Shown piece after piece: positions 1-7,703 of a DNA stretch of 24,475 nt. The DNA comes from a virus (Duplodnaviria; Caudoviricetes). Numbering within the stretch: position 1 is the first letter of the stretch; every line of letters starts with the position of its first letter. Where the stretch lies: positions 1-24,475 of the IMG/VR virus record IMGVR_UViG_3300032373_000102. The stretch is one strand, 5' to 3'. Made by a program: the position numbers and the translations under genes. Under the pieces are notes generated by a model. That model saw only the letters and a list, made by a program, of their open reading frames with translations. It did not search any database and was not told the DNA's origin.

Positions 1-2
1 GC

Positions 3-98
3 AGTGTTCAGGCGTATCGAGACTATTACATTAAATACAAATCGCATATCGCTAGCTGGTCTAAGCGTCACGATCCAACATGGTGGAAATATGGGTGA
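3..98 (+). CDS. C-terminal fragment of a pyrimidine-dimer DNA glycosylase (endonuclease V-like) family protein, truncated by window edge
   Basis: Frame 3 reads SVQAYRDYYIKYKSHIASWSKRHDPTWWKYG*, resembling the C-terminal 'V.AYR.YY...K...A.W..R..P.W' signature of this phage family. Not in ORF track. Confidence 0.65.
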   Translation, partial: SVQAYRDYYIKYKSHIASWSKRHDPTWWKYG

Positions 99-183
99 TG
101 GCTATTCTGGTGATTACGTTAGCGGATATGAGCACGCTATATTTGACATATTAACAAAGTTCAGAAAAGGCGGTGATGTATGA
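91..183 (+). CDS. small hypothetical protein (30 aa)
   Basis: ATG91..TGA183, MGDGYSGDYVSGYEHAIFDILTKFRKGGDV. Fills the gap and overlaps the next gene as ATGA. Confidence 0.4.
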   Translation: MGDGYSGDYVSGYEHAIFDILTKFRKGGDV

Positions 184-575
184 CAAACGAAGAAATTTTA
201 GCTAACGCGCCAGAGGGTGCGACTCATTACATAAAAAACGGTAATTATGAATATTGGAAACTTACTTATATTAATGGCTACCAAGCATTTACTCACACCA
301 CGAAAAACCTAATAAATGTAATGCCTGATAAATTATACAATATACGCTCACTCGCAGACATTAGGCGCATAGCAGAGCTTGAGCAAGATAACGGCGGGTT
401 TCGATTAAGAATTGCTAAAGCAAAAGAACTAGCTTGTGAATATTCGTACATCGATGGCGCACACCATAAAAACTGGCTGATACAGCAAATGATTGAAGCT
501 ATATGCACCAAGGATGAACTAGAAGAACTTGGATTCACAGATGAAGATTGGCTAGAGGAGTGTATAGCACCATGA
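180..575 (+). CDS. hypothetical phage protein (APEGATHY N-terminal module plus DGAHHK C-terminal module)
   Basis: 131-aa ORF, RBS-like GGCGGTG, motifs recurrent in phage early proteins. Confidence 0.8.
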   Translation: MTNEEILANAPEGATHYIKNGNYEYWKLTYINGYQAFTHTTKNLINVMPDKLYNIRSLADIRRIAELEQDNGGFRLRIAKAKELACEYSYIDGAHHKNWLIQQMIEAICTKDELEELGFTDEDWLEECIAP

Positions 576-606
576 TTAACAACCTAGAAGGCAAAAGCGA
601 GGGCGA

Positions 607-882
607 ATGAACTTACCTGTATTTATTTCAGAATTCTATTTAACAGCTGCATATGTAAACGTAGTGTTCTTTCTCATAGCCGCCTATCGGGAGGCAAAAC
701 TCGGAGATATGGATGATGTAAGTCTATGGGTTGCACTAGCTCTCGCTACTGGGGCTGGGGGTTCTCTTTCATGGGTATTAGCTGCCGTGCTGACTGTAAT
801 TACTATATCGATATTGGCGGTTGTGACCATTGTTGATCTCATATCGAGTGGTATCTGGAAGTTAAGGAGAACTTTTAAATGA
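607..882 (+). CDS. hypothetical membrane protein
   Basis: 91 aa, 2-3 hydrophobic segments, basic C-terminus, GAGG upstream. Confidence 0.75.
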   Translation: MNLPVFISEFYLTAAYVNVVFFLIAAYREAKLGDMDDVSLWVALALATGAGGSLSWVLAAVLTVITISILAVVTIVDLISSGIWKLRRTFK

Positions 883-980
883 CAACAATTGTAATAGTTT
901 CGCTAGTAATAGCGATTGGGTGTTATGGTGTACTGTTTATGTGCGCTGTAGCTAATATTAAATCACTTTCGGGTGAATAA
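879..980 (+). CDS. small single-TM protein (33 aa)
   Basis: AAGGAG at 864-869, ATGA overlap with previous stop, MTTIVIVSLVIAIGCYGVLFMCAVANIKSLSGE. Not in ORF track. Confidence 0.65.
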   Translation: MTTIVIVSLVIAIGCYGVLFMCAVANIKSLSGE

Positions 981-994
981 TTAGGAAAAATAAA

Positions 995-1429
995 ATGTCT
1001 GAAATAACAGCTGGATCTGTACTGCTTATTATCTGGGGGATTAACCTCGCTGTGCCCCTCTTGTTGGGGGTTGTTAGTGTAATGCTACACTTCTATACAA
1101 GGGGGAGAGTGAGTAAGAACTACCTTCTATCTTTTCAACGTTGGAAGCTGGGACTTTTCACTGATGCCTCGAATATGGATGCGGCAGACGCAATCGGATT
1201 CATGATTATAGTTGAGGGCTTGATAGCTGCAACGGGGTTTGCTCTGTTGGCAGCAATATTGATGAAAGTACCCTCAGCATACCTAGTCATAGGTACAATA
1301 AGTATTGTGTTACTGATACTTCCTAGATATTTCATAGATATATGCCACGCTCTTAAATATTCCTTTAAGAGTAGGGATAGTGAACGCATTAGGGAATTAG
1401 AGAAACGTTTAGAGGAGAAAGGGCTATGA
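995..1429 (+). CDS. hypothetical membrane protein
   Basis: 144 aa, three hydrophobic helices and charged coiled-coil tail, AGGA RBS. Confidence 0.8.
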   Translation: MSEITAGSVLLIIWGINLAVPLLLGVVSVMLHFYTRGRVSKNYLLSFQRWKLGLFTDASNMDAADAIGFMIIVEGLIAATGFALLAAILMKVPSAYLVIGTISIVLLILPRYFIDICHALKYSFKSRDSERIRELEKRLEEKGL

Positions 1430-1692
1430 GTATATTCAAGAAAGCAAGACAACTTGTAAGTGGACGTATTAATTTTGATACGTTATGTAGATATGCCGCT
1501 CATAATCTTAATGAGCGTAGAAAGATTGAGGCTTGTCTAGCAGAGCGTAAGCTATGCCCTGTACGTAAGCAGTATCTTGAGAATCAACTCTACCCCTTAA
1601 CTGTCGAGAAAGATGTATTAGTTGAGAAGTATGAGAGAATAATTAGTAAGGTAAGTAAACTAGAGAGTGATAACTTTCTGTTTATAATCTAG
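1426..1692 (+). CDS. hypothetical protein
   Basis: 88 aa, GAGGAG upstream, ATGA overlap. Confidence 0.75.
   Translation: MSIFKKARQLVSGRINFDTLCRYAAHNLNERRKIEACLAERKLCPVRKQYLENQLYPLTVEKDVLVEKYERIISKVSKLESDNFLFII
1661..1688 (+). promoter_or_regulatory. candidate sigma70 promoter for the amidoligase module
   Basis: TAGAGA (1661-1666, 4/6 match to TTGACA)-N16-perfect TATAAT (1683-1688), 60 nt upstream of the module's first start codon. Confidence 0.35.
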
Positions 1693-1704
1693 TAGCTCTA
1701 TTAA

Positions 1705-1732
1705 TTAGACAATAGAGCATTAATAAAGTTCA
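1705..1732 (-). promoter_or_regulatory. sigmaE/ECF-type promoter, leftward (antisense to early genes)
   Basis: Minus strand TGAACTTTATTAATGCTCTATTGTCTAA = GAACTT-N16-TCTAA. Intergenic, and the same motif occurs at 12303. Confidence 0.6.
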
Positions 1733-1747
1733 ATTGGAGATATAGAA

Positions 1748-2626
1748 ATGCCAACTATATATTTTAACGGTAAGAATAAGCAAGGTGAAGCGCGTTCTTT
1801 TTACGCCAGTTCGGGGTGTCTTTGCCTTCTAGGTCGGGATGAGGGCGAACTGGAGGGGAGATCCCAAGAGGTGACGCGTACTGGTATCGTAGAGCTTGAT
1901 ACTATTACGTATCGGCAAATGACCAAAGAATTAACGGATGATCAGAAGAAGTTGCTTAAGAAGTACATGAAGATGTTCCCCTTTATGCGTACAGTTGTAA
2001 CCCCTGTTGATGATATGAAGGATCACATAACCTTCAATGTCAAGGACTATACCCTTAATGAGGTCATGTTCGCTATCTTTCACCTACGTGTAGCCCTATC
2101 ACTTTCCCCTAAGTTTTCTGGAATATCTGGAGAAACTAAATCAGGTATAGCTTTTATGGACTATCTGATTAAGCAGGGATACGAGTTCTGGGAGGCGTAT
2201 TTTACAGCCATATGCAACAGCCCCGTAGATTCCGAGGGAATCCCTCACAGTTCTTATGACTACTACGACCACTACAACGGGTGGGATTGTTCGTGTTTCC
2301 ATTTCTATGGTACAGACATGACCTCCTTCGAGACACTTGTATCTGGAAACATCGAGGCTCCTGTTTATAAAGGGGCTACACTCTTAGAACATATCCTTGA
2401 TATGAGATGTTACCCAGAGAATATTAAGAAATGGTTAACTTCTGCGTCACCTACGCATCATATGTCTTCACTCCAAAAGGCAGTATCCCGTAGATACTCC
2501 AAGGTCATAAAAGGCACTGGGGCTACAGACTATCTAGGTAGGACTCTAAAAGTTGTACAGCACAGCCCCTCTCTGTGGCTAAAAGCTTTACGCGAAACAA
2601 TCAAATTATCCCCTAAGGAGTTATAA
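1748..2626 (+). CDS. hypothetical protein, first gene of amidoligase module
   Basis: 292-aa ORF, GGAG RBS, TAATG coupling to next gene. No recognisable motif. Confidence 0.8.
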   Translation: MPTIYFNGKNKQGEARSFYASSGCLCLLGRDEGELEGRSQEVTRTGIVELDTITYRQMTKELTDDQKKLLKKYMKMFPFMRTVVTPVDDMKDHITFNVKDYTLNEVMFAIFHLRVALSLSPKFSGISGETKSGIAFMDYLIKQGYEFWEAYFTAICNSPVDSEGIPHSSYDYYDHYNGWDCSCFHFYGTDMTSFETLVSGNIEAPVYKGATLLEHILDMRCYPENIKKWLTSASPTHHMSSLQKAVSRRYSKVIKGTGATDYLGRTLKVVQHSPSLWLKALRETIKLSPKEL

Positions 2627-2964
2627 TGTTAGTTGCAGTCTATGGTACATTAAAACAGGGTCGGTCTAATCATTGTGTTATGCAACGAGCTTCTGGCTCT
2701 TTTGTGGGAGAAGCCACCTTAGAAGGGTTCGAGATGTATACTAACGGGGGATTCCCTGTTATCTACAAAACAAACCATGATAGCACTATTGCAGTGGAGT
2801 TGTTCAGTGTCGAGGATATTGATCCTCTGGATAGCTTAGAAGGGCACCCTACGTGGTATCGCCGAGAACAGGTGGCAACGCCTCATGGGGATGCTTGGAT
2901 TTATATTATGCAGGATGAAAGCTACAAACATTCGTGGACTAAATTAGACAAGGGGGTATTTTAA
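2626..2964 (+). CDS. gamma-glutamylcyclotransferase (AIG2/GGACT-like)
   Basis: VAVYGTLKQGRSNH and LDSLEGHPTWYRR motifs with catalytic Glu, AWIY near the C-terminus. Confidence 0.93.
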   Translation: MLVAVYGTLKQGRSNHCVMQRASGSFVGEATLEGFEMYTNGGFPVIYKTNHDSTIAVELFSVEDIDPLDSLEGHPTWYRREQVATPHGDAWIYIMQDESYKHSWTKLDKGVF

Positions 2965-4344
2965 ATGTGTGGACTCGTAGGAGTATTTGGAAACCTAATG
3001 GCTCAAGACCTGAAATTCTTCACTCAGGCGTTGATTGCGGACTACTTTAGAGGCGTCCATAGCACCGGAATGATGTCTGTTAAGGATAAAGGGAACAGTT
3101 CAGCAACTATAGCTAAAGAGGCTGTGGATCCTATTCGATTCTTGGATTTTAAATCGGTGGACTCTCAGATAACGGTACAGAATAAGCTCTTAGCTGGACA
3201 TAATCGTCATGCTACACTGGGGGCAATAAACGCCAATAACGCTCACCCGTTCACTCATGGTGACATTACACTGATGCACAACGGGACACTGGACAATAAG
3301 CGTCAGCTTACTCGGAAGTACGATGCCCCTGAGTTTGACACAGACAGCGAACTTGTCTGTTATCTAATTGATAACTATGAACTGTCAGGGGTAATTAAAG
3401 ACCTCGAAGGTGCCTTCACCCTCATATGGTGGGACAGCGCTCTTGAGTCTCTTAACATTATACGGAACACTGAACGCCCCTTAGCCCTATATATGGGCAC
3501 AGGTCGTATGTACTGGGCTAGCGAGGCTAAGATGTTAAACTGGCTGCTAGACCGTAATCGACTTACCCTTAACAATAAGGTTGTGCAAACTCTAAAGGAG
3601 GGAGTGCATCTTGAAGTTAAGTTTGAGAAGGGGCTTCTAGACTATAAGTTCAACACTTTGAAGCTGGCTCCCGCCTACGCTTATGACTATTCACAGAACT
3701 GGAATAGGGGTAACAGGTCTCACGTCGGCTCAACTGTCACGGATATCCGAAATAACAGAGCAAAAGAGTTCAAGGAGGAGACAGGGCATGACTTCAAAGC
3801 TAATGACACCATCTACGCCTATGTTACGGAGATTTCAAACAAGTTCAAAAACCAGCAAGGGGATCGCGCAGCGTTGAAGATGGTTCTCGCAGCTGAACCG
3901 TATACTGAATGTACCGCTTATAATTCACCAGTCCCCGACGGAGATGTTGAAAATGCCAATGTGCTGGTCAAGGCCACAGTTAATCACATCTCAGGCAACA
4001 AGGGCGGCTTTGGTATAAACCTCAATGGGCAATCCGTTGAGTTCGTAGATAGTAAGTCTGACGATTACCGAGATTGGTTAGCAGTAACTACCCCTGATTT
4101 CGGAAAAGATAACCCCGTGAAGCTTCTAGGTTATGAAGGAAGGGAGGTTAAGAGAGGCCATTTTTTTCGAACCATTGATAAAGGTTGTTGCATATGCGAC
4201 GCTGTTTTGGATGCGGATGCGGAACTTATAGACAGAACAGTCACTTTTGTAGGCTCAGATGAAGTGGTCTGTAGTGACTGTGCGAGAGATAAGGTAACAA
4301 TGGCCAGCTATGGCCTCAATAACGTAGGAGTTAACGGATTGTGA
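2965..4344 (+). CDS. class II (Ntn) glutamine amidotransferase with C-terminal extension and Cys-rich putative Zn finger
   Basis: N-terminal MCGLVG (nucleophile Cys), RGVHSTG, GHNRHAT, NAHPF, HNGTL, DTDSE, YWASE. C-terminal CCICD...CSDC. Confidence 0.93.
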   Translation: MCGLVGVFGNLMAQDLKFFTQALIADYFRGVHSTGMMSVKDKGNSSATIAKEAVDPIRFLDFKSVDSQITVQNKLLAGHNRHATLGAINANNAHPFTHGDITLMHNGTLDNKRQLTRKYDAPEFDTDSELVCYLIDNYELSGVIKDLEGAFTLIWWDSALESLNIIRNTERPLALYMGTGRMYWASEAKMLNWLLDRNRLTLNNKVVQTLKEGVHLEVKFEKGLLDYKFNTLKLAPAYAYDYSQNWNRGNRSHVGSTVTDIRNNRAKEFKEETGHDFKANDTIYAYVTEISNKFKNQQGDRAALKMVLAAEPYTECTAYNSPVPDGDVENANVLVKATVNHISGNKGGFGINLNGQSVEFVDSKSDDYRDWLAVTTPDFGKDNPVKLLGYEGREVKRGHFFRTIDKGCCICDAVLDADAELIDRTVTFVGSDEVVCSDCARDKVTMASYGLNNVGVNGL

Positions 4345-5141
4345 TTAAATTAACTATGGGTTGCGACCCAGAAATATTCATATTCGATAAGGTGAAAGAC
4401 CGGATAGTCCCCGCTATAGGTTTAATTGGTGGCACTAAGGATGAGCCTATCCCCATTGACGGAGGAAGCTACCAACTCGATGGGACTTTGTTAGAGTTTG
4501 GTATAGACCCTAACGGAGATATTGGGAAGGTTGTGAATGGCATCAGGGCTGTCCTAAGTGCTAAGTTTGGGGACAGGTACGAACTAAGGTGTGGAGCTTC
4601 AGCAGGATACCACCCAGAAGACCTTCCAAACAACCACCCTGCCTTAAATGTTGGGTGTTCCCCCCAGTTTCGTATGGTTTCTGCGACGAAACTTGAGCAG
4701 GTTAGAGGGGTACCTAAGCTAGACCCTCGCAATATTCCGGCTGGGGGTCACATACATGTAGGCTTTACGGAAGGTGCGGACATATCTGATCCAGCACTGC
4801 TTAAACCCTGCTGGGACTTCACTAGGGTGTTACTTCAGCTCTATCATACATCAGGAGACCTGAGACGTGACCAAGTGTTAGGAGGTTCTCGTTGTGTAAT
4901 GAGGATAAAACCCTACGGATTTGAATGGCGTAACCCTAGCGGTGAATGGTTAGCTGACTCTAGAGTTTTTGAGGAAATAACTAAACTCATTACAGAGTAT
5001 ACTAAGCATCTTACAGGGGAGACTAATACAGAGCCCCACCACCACTCCCTAGTTAAGATATGTTCTTTGTACGCAGCAATACGAAACAAGGCAGCTAGGG
5101 TTGATGATAAATACCAAGGCACATTGCCTTTAGACTATTAG
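4341..5141 (+). CDS. phiEco32-like COOH-NH2 ligase type 2
   Basis: MGCDPEIF, IGGTKDEP, QLDGTLLEF, AGGHIHVG, RIKPYGFEWRNPS motifs. Confidence 0.88.
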   Translation: MIKLTMGCDPEIFIFDKVKDRIVPAIGLIGGTKDEPIPIDGGSYQLDGTLLEFGIDPNGDIGKVVNGIRAVLSAKFGDRYELRCGASAGYHPEDLPNNHPALNVGCSPQFRMVSATKLEQVRGVPKLDPRNIPAGGHIHVGFTEGADISDPALLKPCWDFTRVLLQLYHTSGDLRRDQVLGGSRCVMRIKPYGFEWRNPSGEWLADSRVFEEITKLITEYTKHLTGETNTEPHHHSLVKICSLYAAIRNKAARVDDKYQGTLPLDY

Positions 5142-5149
5142 GGGAAGTT

Positions 5150-5749
5150 ATGATTTCTAAAATTAATCCAAATATTAAACTGATCCCTATATCTGATGAA
5201 GGCTTAGCCTTTTCGACATTCTTGGGGTATTACACGGGAACCCTTCTACTCCACAAGACAGAGAAGGGGTATAAGCTTCTTAAGTGTGAAGACTCAGCCC
5301 CAGACCGAGGCCTTATGATGCACGACGGGTCGGTTATACGAGACTTCTCAACACTCTACAGATTTACAGTGGAGATGGGGTACTATAAACACAAAAACAC
5401 TATATTTTCCCTGAAATACAGCCCCACGAGGACATATAAGAAGTCCTTGAGTTGCCACCATCTGGAGATATCCCAATTATCTGCTGGGGGAGGACTCAGA
5501 CGTGGGTTGAGTTTGTCAGGCGTGCTGGCCATTGTTCGAATTGCGCTAGAGCCTAGAGATTATGAGCTAGGTTCAGACACCTTTTGCCTATCTAACAGGC
5601 TAGCCGTTAAGGGAGGTAAGGTTTTCACCTTCTATAAAAACATGACCATAGGAGACTATGTAGGTGGGGTGGTTAAGACACCCTTCTGGACAGTTGCCGA
5701 TAGAATTAATAAACTCTGGGGAGAGAGAGTGCCATGCGAGATACTTTAA
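5150..5749 (+). CDS. hypothetical protein within amidoligase module
   Basis: 199-aa ORF, AGGGG RBS, overlaps next gene. Confidence 0.8.
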   Translation: MISKINPNIKLIPISDEGLAFSTFLGYYTGTLLLHKTEKGYKLLKCEDSAPDRGLMMHDGSVIRDFSTLYRFTVEMGYYKHKNTIFSLKYSPTRTYKKSLSCHHLEISQLSAGGGLRRGLSLSGVLAIVRIALEPRDYELGSDTFCLSNRLAVKGGKVFTFYKNMTIGDYVGGVVKTPFWTVADRINKLWGERVPCEIL

Positions 5750-6639
5750 AAAACTTCAAGATTGCATATAACCTTACCTACACAGACCCTGTTATCCTTA
5801 GAAACAATACAGCTGTGGGGATAGAGCTTGAGTTGGAGGGAAATCCCTGTATAGATGACCTGTCTGACGATTGGAGAGCTGTGGAAGATGGGTCGTTGAG
5901 AAACGGAGGGATCGAGATAAGGTGTAGACGCCCCCTCAGTGGGGCAGACCTTGAAAAAGCTCTTGTTTCCCTCACCTCCACCCTAGAGTCCACGTCATAT
6001 ACCTTATCGGAACGATGTAGTACCCATATTCATATCGATGTATCTGACTTACAGGGATCACAGATCAAGAACTTCATAGCCTTATCCGTTATGTTTGAAC
6101 ACGTGTTGTTCGACCTGTTTGGCGGAGAGCGCAGGTCTAACAACTTCTGCCTAGCCACTGATGAAGGTGGGAACAATTATAAAGATTTTGTTCGGCTAAT
6201 GTCCGCCAATAGAACCATCCCTTGTATCCTTAGTGGGGAGTATACATGGACGAAATACGCAGGGATTGGCCTTTACCGTATTCGAGACCTAGGTACTATA
6301 GAGTTTCGTATGTTCTCACCTATGGTGGGGCTTAAAGAATACCACAACGTACTGAACTTCCTCTTTGCTATGAAAGACGAAGCGATCCTTATGTCAGAAC
6401 CTTCTGATATTATTGAGTACAAGAGAGGAGCAAGTTTACAACAAACGTTCTATAAATTGTTCCCTGACTTAGAGTTCAACGAGAACACAGATAGGCAGCT
6501 AGAGCGCGGTATTCAGACACTTAACGATATCCTAAACACAGCCGAGGTGATCAAAATGACTAGGCGGGATCGTAACAAGTACCAATCACTCATCGAATCT
6601 GCACAATCACAAATCCAACTACTTGACAGGGGAATATAA
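5734..6639 (+). CDS. putative amidoligase (glutamine synthetase/GCS-like fold, Amidoligase_2 type)
   Basis: VGIELELE, EDGSLRNGGIE, CSTHIHID, RRSNNFC, GTIEFRMF motifs. Confidence 0.9.
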   Translation: MRDTLKNFKIAYNLTYTDPVILRNNTAVGIELELEGNPCIDDLSDDWRAVEDGSLRNGGIEIRCRRPLSGADLEKALVSLTSTLESTSYTLSERCSTHIHIDVSDLQGSQIKNFIALSVMFEHVLFDLFGGERRSNNFCLATDEGGNNYKDFVRLMSANRTIPCILSGEYTWTKYAGIGLYRIRDLGTIEFRMFSPMVGLKEYHNVLNFLFAMKDEAILMSEPSDIIEYKRGASLQQTFYKLFPDLEFNENTDRQLERGIQTLNDILNTAEVIKMTRRDRNKYQSLIESAQSQIQLLDRGI

Positions 6640-7703
6640 TGAGACAAGATATTAAAGTCTTACCATACAAGACAGGCAGCGCATCAGCTCGTGCCTTGGC
6701 CAATGCTATTGGATGTAGGCAGATCCGGTTACAGGGGTCAGCTATCAACGTTATGAATGAGAAAAAGATAATCAACTGGGGGTCTACCTTGACTAATTCT
6801 GATTTCTCAGCCATTGCATCGCATCATACCATATACAACCGCCCTTTGGCTGTCCAAGTTGCTTCAGATAAGTTGGCTACATTCCGGTTGCTTGAGCAAG
6901 CCAGTGTTCGGACAGTGCCTTATACCTCAGACTCTCAAATTGCTTATTCTTGGCAAACAGAAGGAGACCGGATCTATGTTCGCCATGCACTGTCAGGGCA
7001 CTCTGGCAGGGGTATACAGGTTTGTCAGTCTGATGAGAGCCTGCCAGCTGCACCCCTCTACACGAAATACACTCCAAGAACTGAAGAGTATAGAGTGCAT
7101 GTAGTGGGGGGTATAGTTACTGACTTCCAACGTAAAGCAATGAACCCTGATGCAGATTTATCTGATGTGGATTGGCGTATACGTAATCACGAGAACGGGT
7201 TCATCTATGCCCGAACGCCTAATATCAACACTACAAGACACGCAGTTGAGGAGGTTACTAAATTAGCTATTGACGCTGTAAATGCTCTACGCTTAGACTT
7301 CGGCGCTGTTGATATTATTTGGAACGCTACACGAGACAAGGCATACGTTCTAGAGGTTAACACGGCTTGTGGTTTAGAAGGTACAACACTGGAACGATAC
7401 TCTAAAGCTCTCCTAGAGTTGGTTGATGGCCAAGATGTAACCCCTTTAGATTTTTCTGAACTTTCTTTCGATACTGGTGTCCAACTAGATCCTGATGATA
7501 CCGAACAACCAGAGCCAGAGTCAGATAGTCAGGTGTTCTGGGGATTGGTTTGTTCAGGTATAGGTATGGATGATTCATTAGGGTTGTTTAAGACGGAAGA
7601 GGCTGCAAACAACGCTAAGCCTCAGTCAAGGTATTATAACATAGTAACTCTAAACACTAACCTGTCTTTAGACGCTAAACCTGTGGAGGTCAATGATGCC
7701 TAA
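6639..7703 (+). CDS. ATP-grasp peptide ligase (RimK/glutathione synthetase-like) with acidic C-terminal tail
   Basis: INWG, NRPLAVQVASDKL, GHSGRGI, EYRVHV, IRNHENGF, LDFGAVDII, VLEVNTACGL. Confidence 0.92.
   Translation: MRQDIKVLPYKTGSASARALANAIGCRQIRLQGSAINVMNEKKIINWGSTLTNSDFSAIASHHTIYNRPLAVQVASDKLATFRLLEQASVRTVPYTSDSQIAYSWQTEGDRIYVRHALSGHSGRGIQVCQSDESLPAAPLYTKYTPRTEEYRVHVVGGIVTDFQRKAMNPDADLSDVDWRIRNHENGFIYARTPNINTTRHAVEEVTKLAIDAVNALRLDFGAVDIIWNATRDKAYVLEVNTACGLEGTTLERYSKALLELVDGQDVTPLDFSELSFDTGVQLDPDDTEQPEPESDSQVFWGLVCSGIGMDDSLGLFKTEEAANNAKPQSRYYNIVTLNTNLSLDAKPVEVNDA
7457..7484 (+). promoter_or_regulatory. candidate sigmaE/ECF-type promoter upstream of nucleotidyltransferase and primase-helicase
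   Basis: TGAACTTTCTTTCGATACTGGTGTCCAA = GAACTT-N16-TCCAA, inside the non-catalytic tail of the ATP-grasp gene. Confidence 0.45.

Noticed and set aside
2965-4344. Calling the amidotransferase glmS or purF
   Set aside because: No SIS or phosphoribosyltransferase domain follows the Ntn domain
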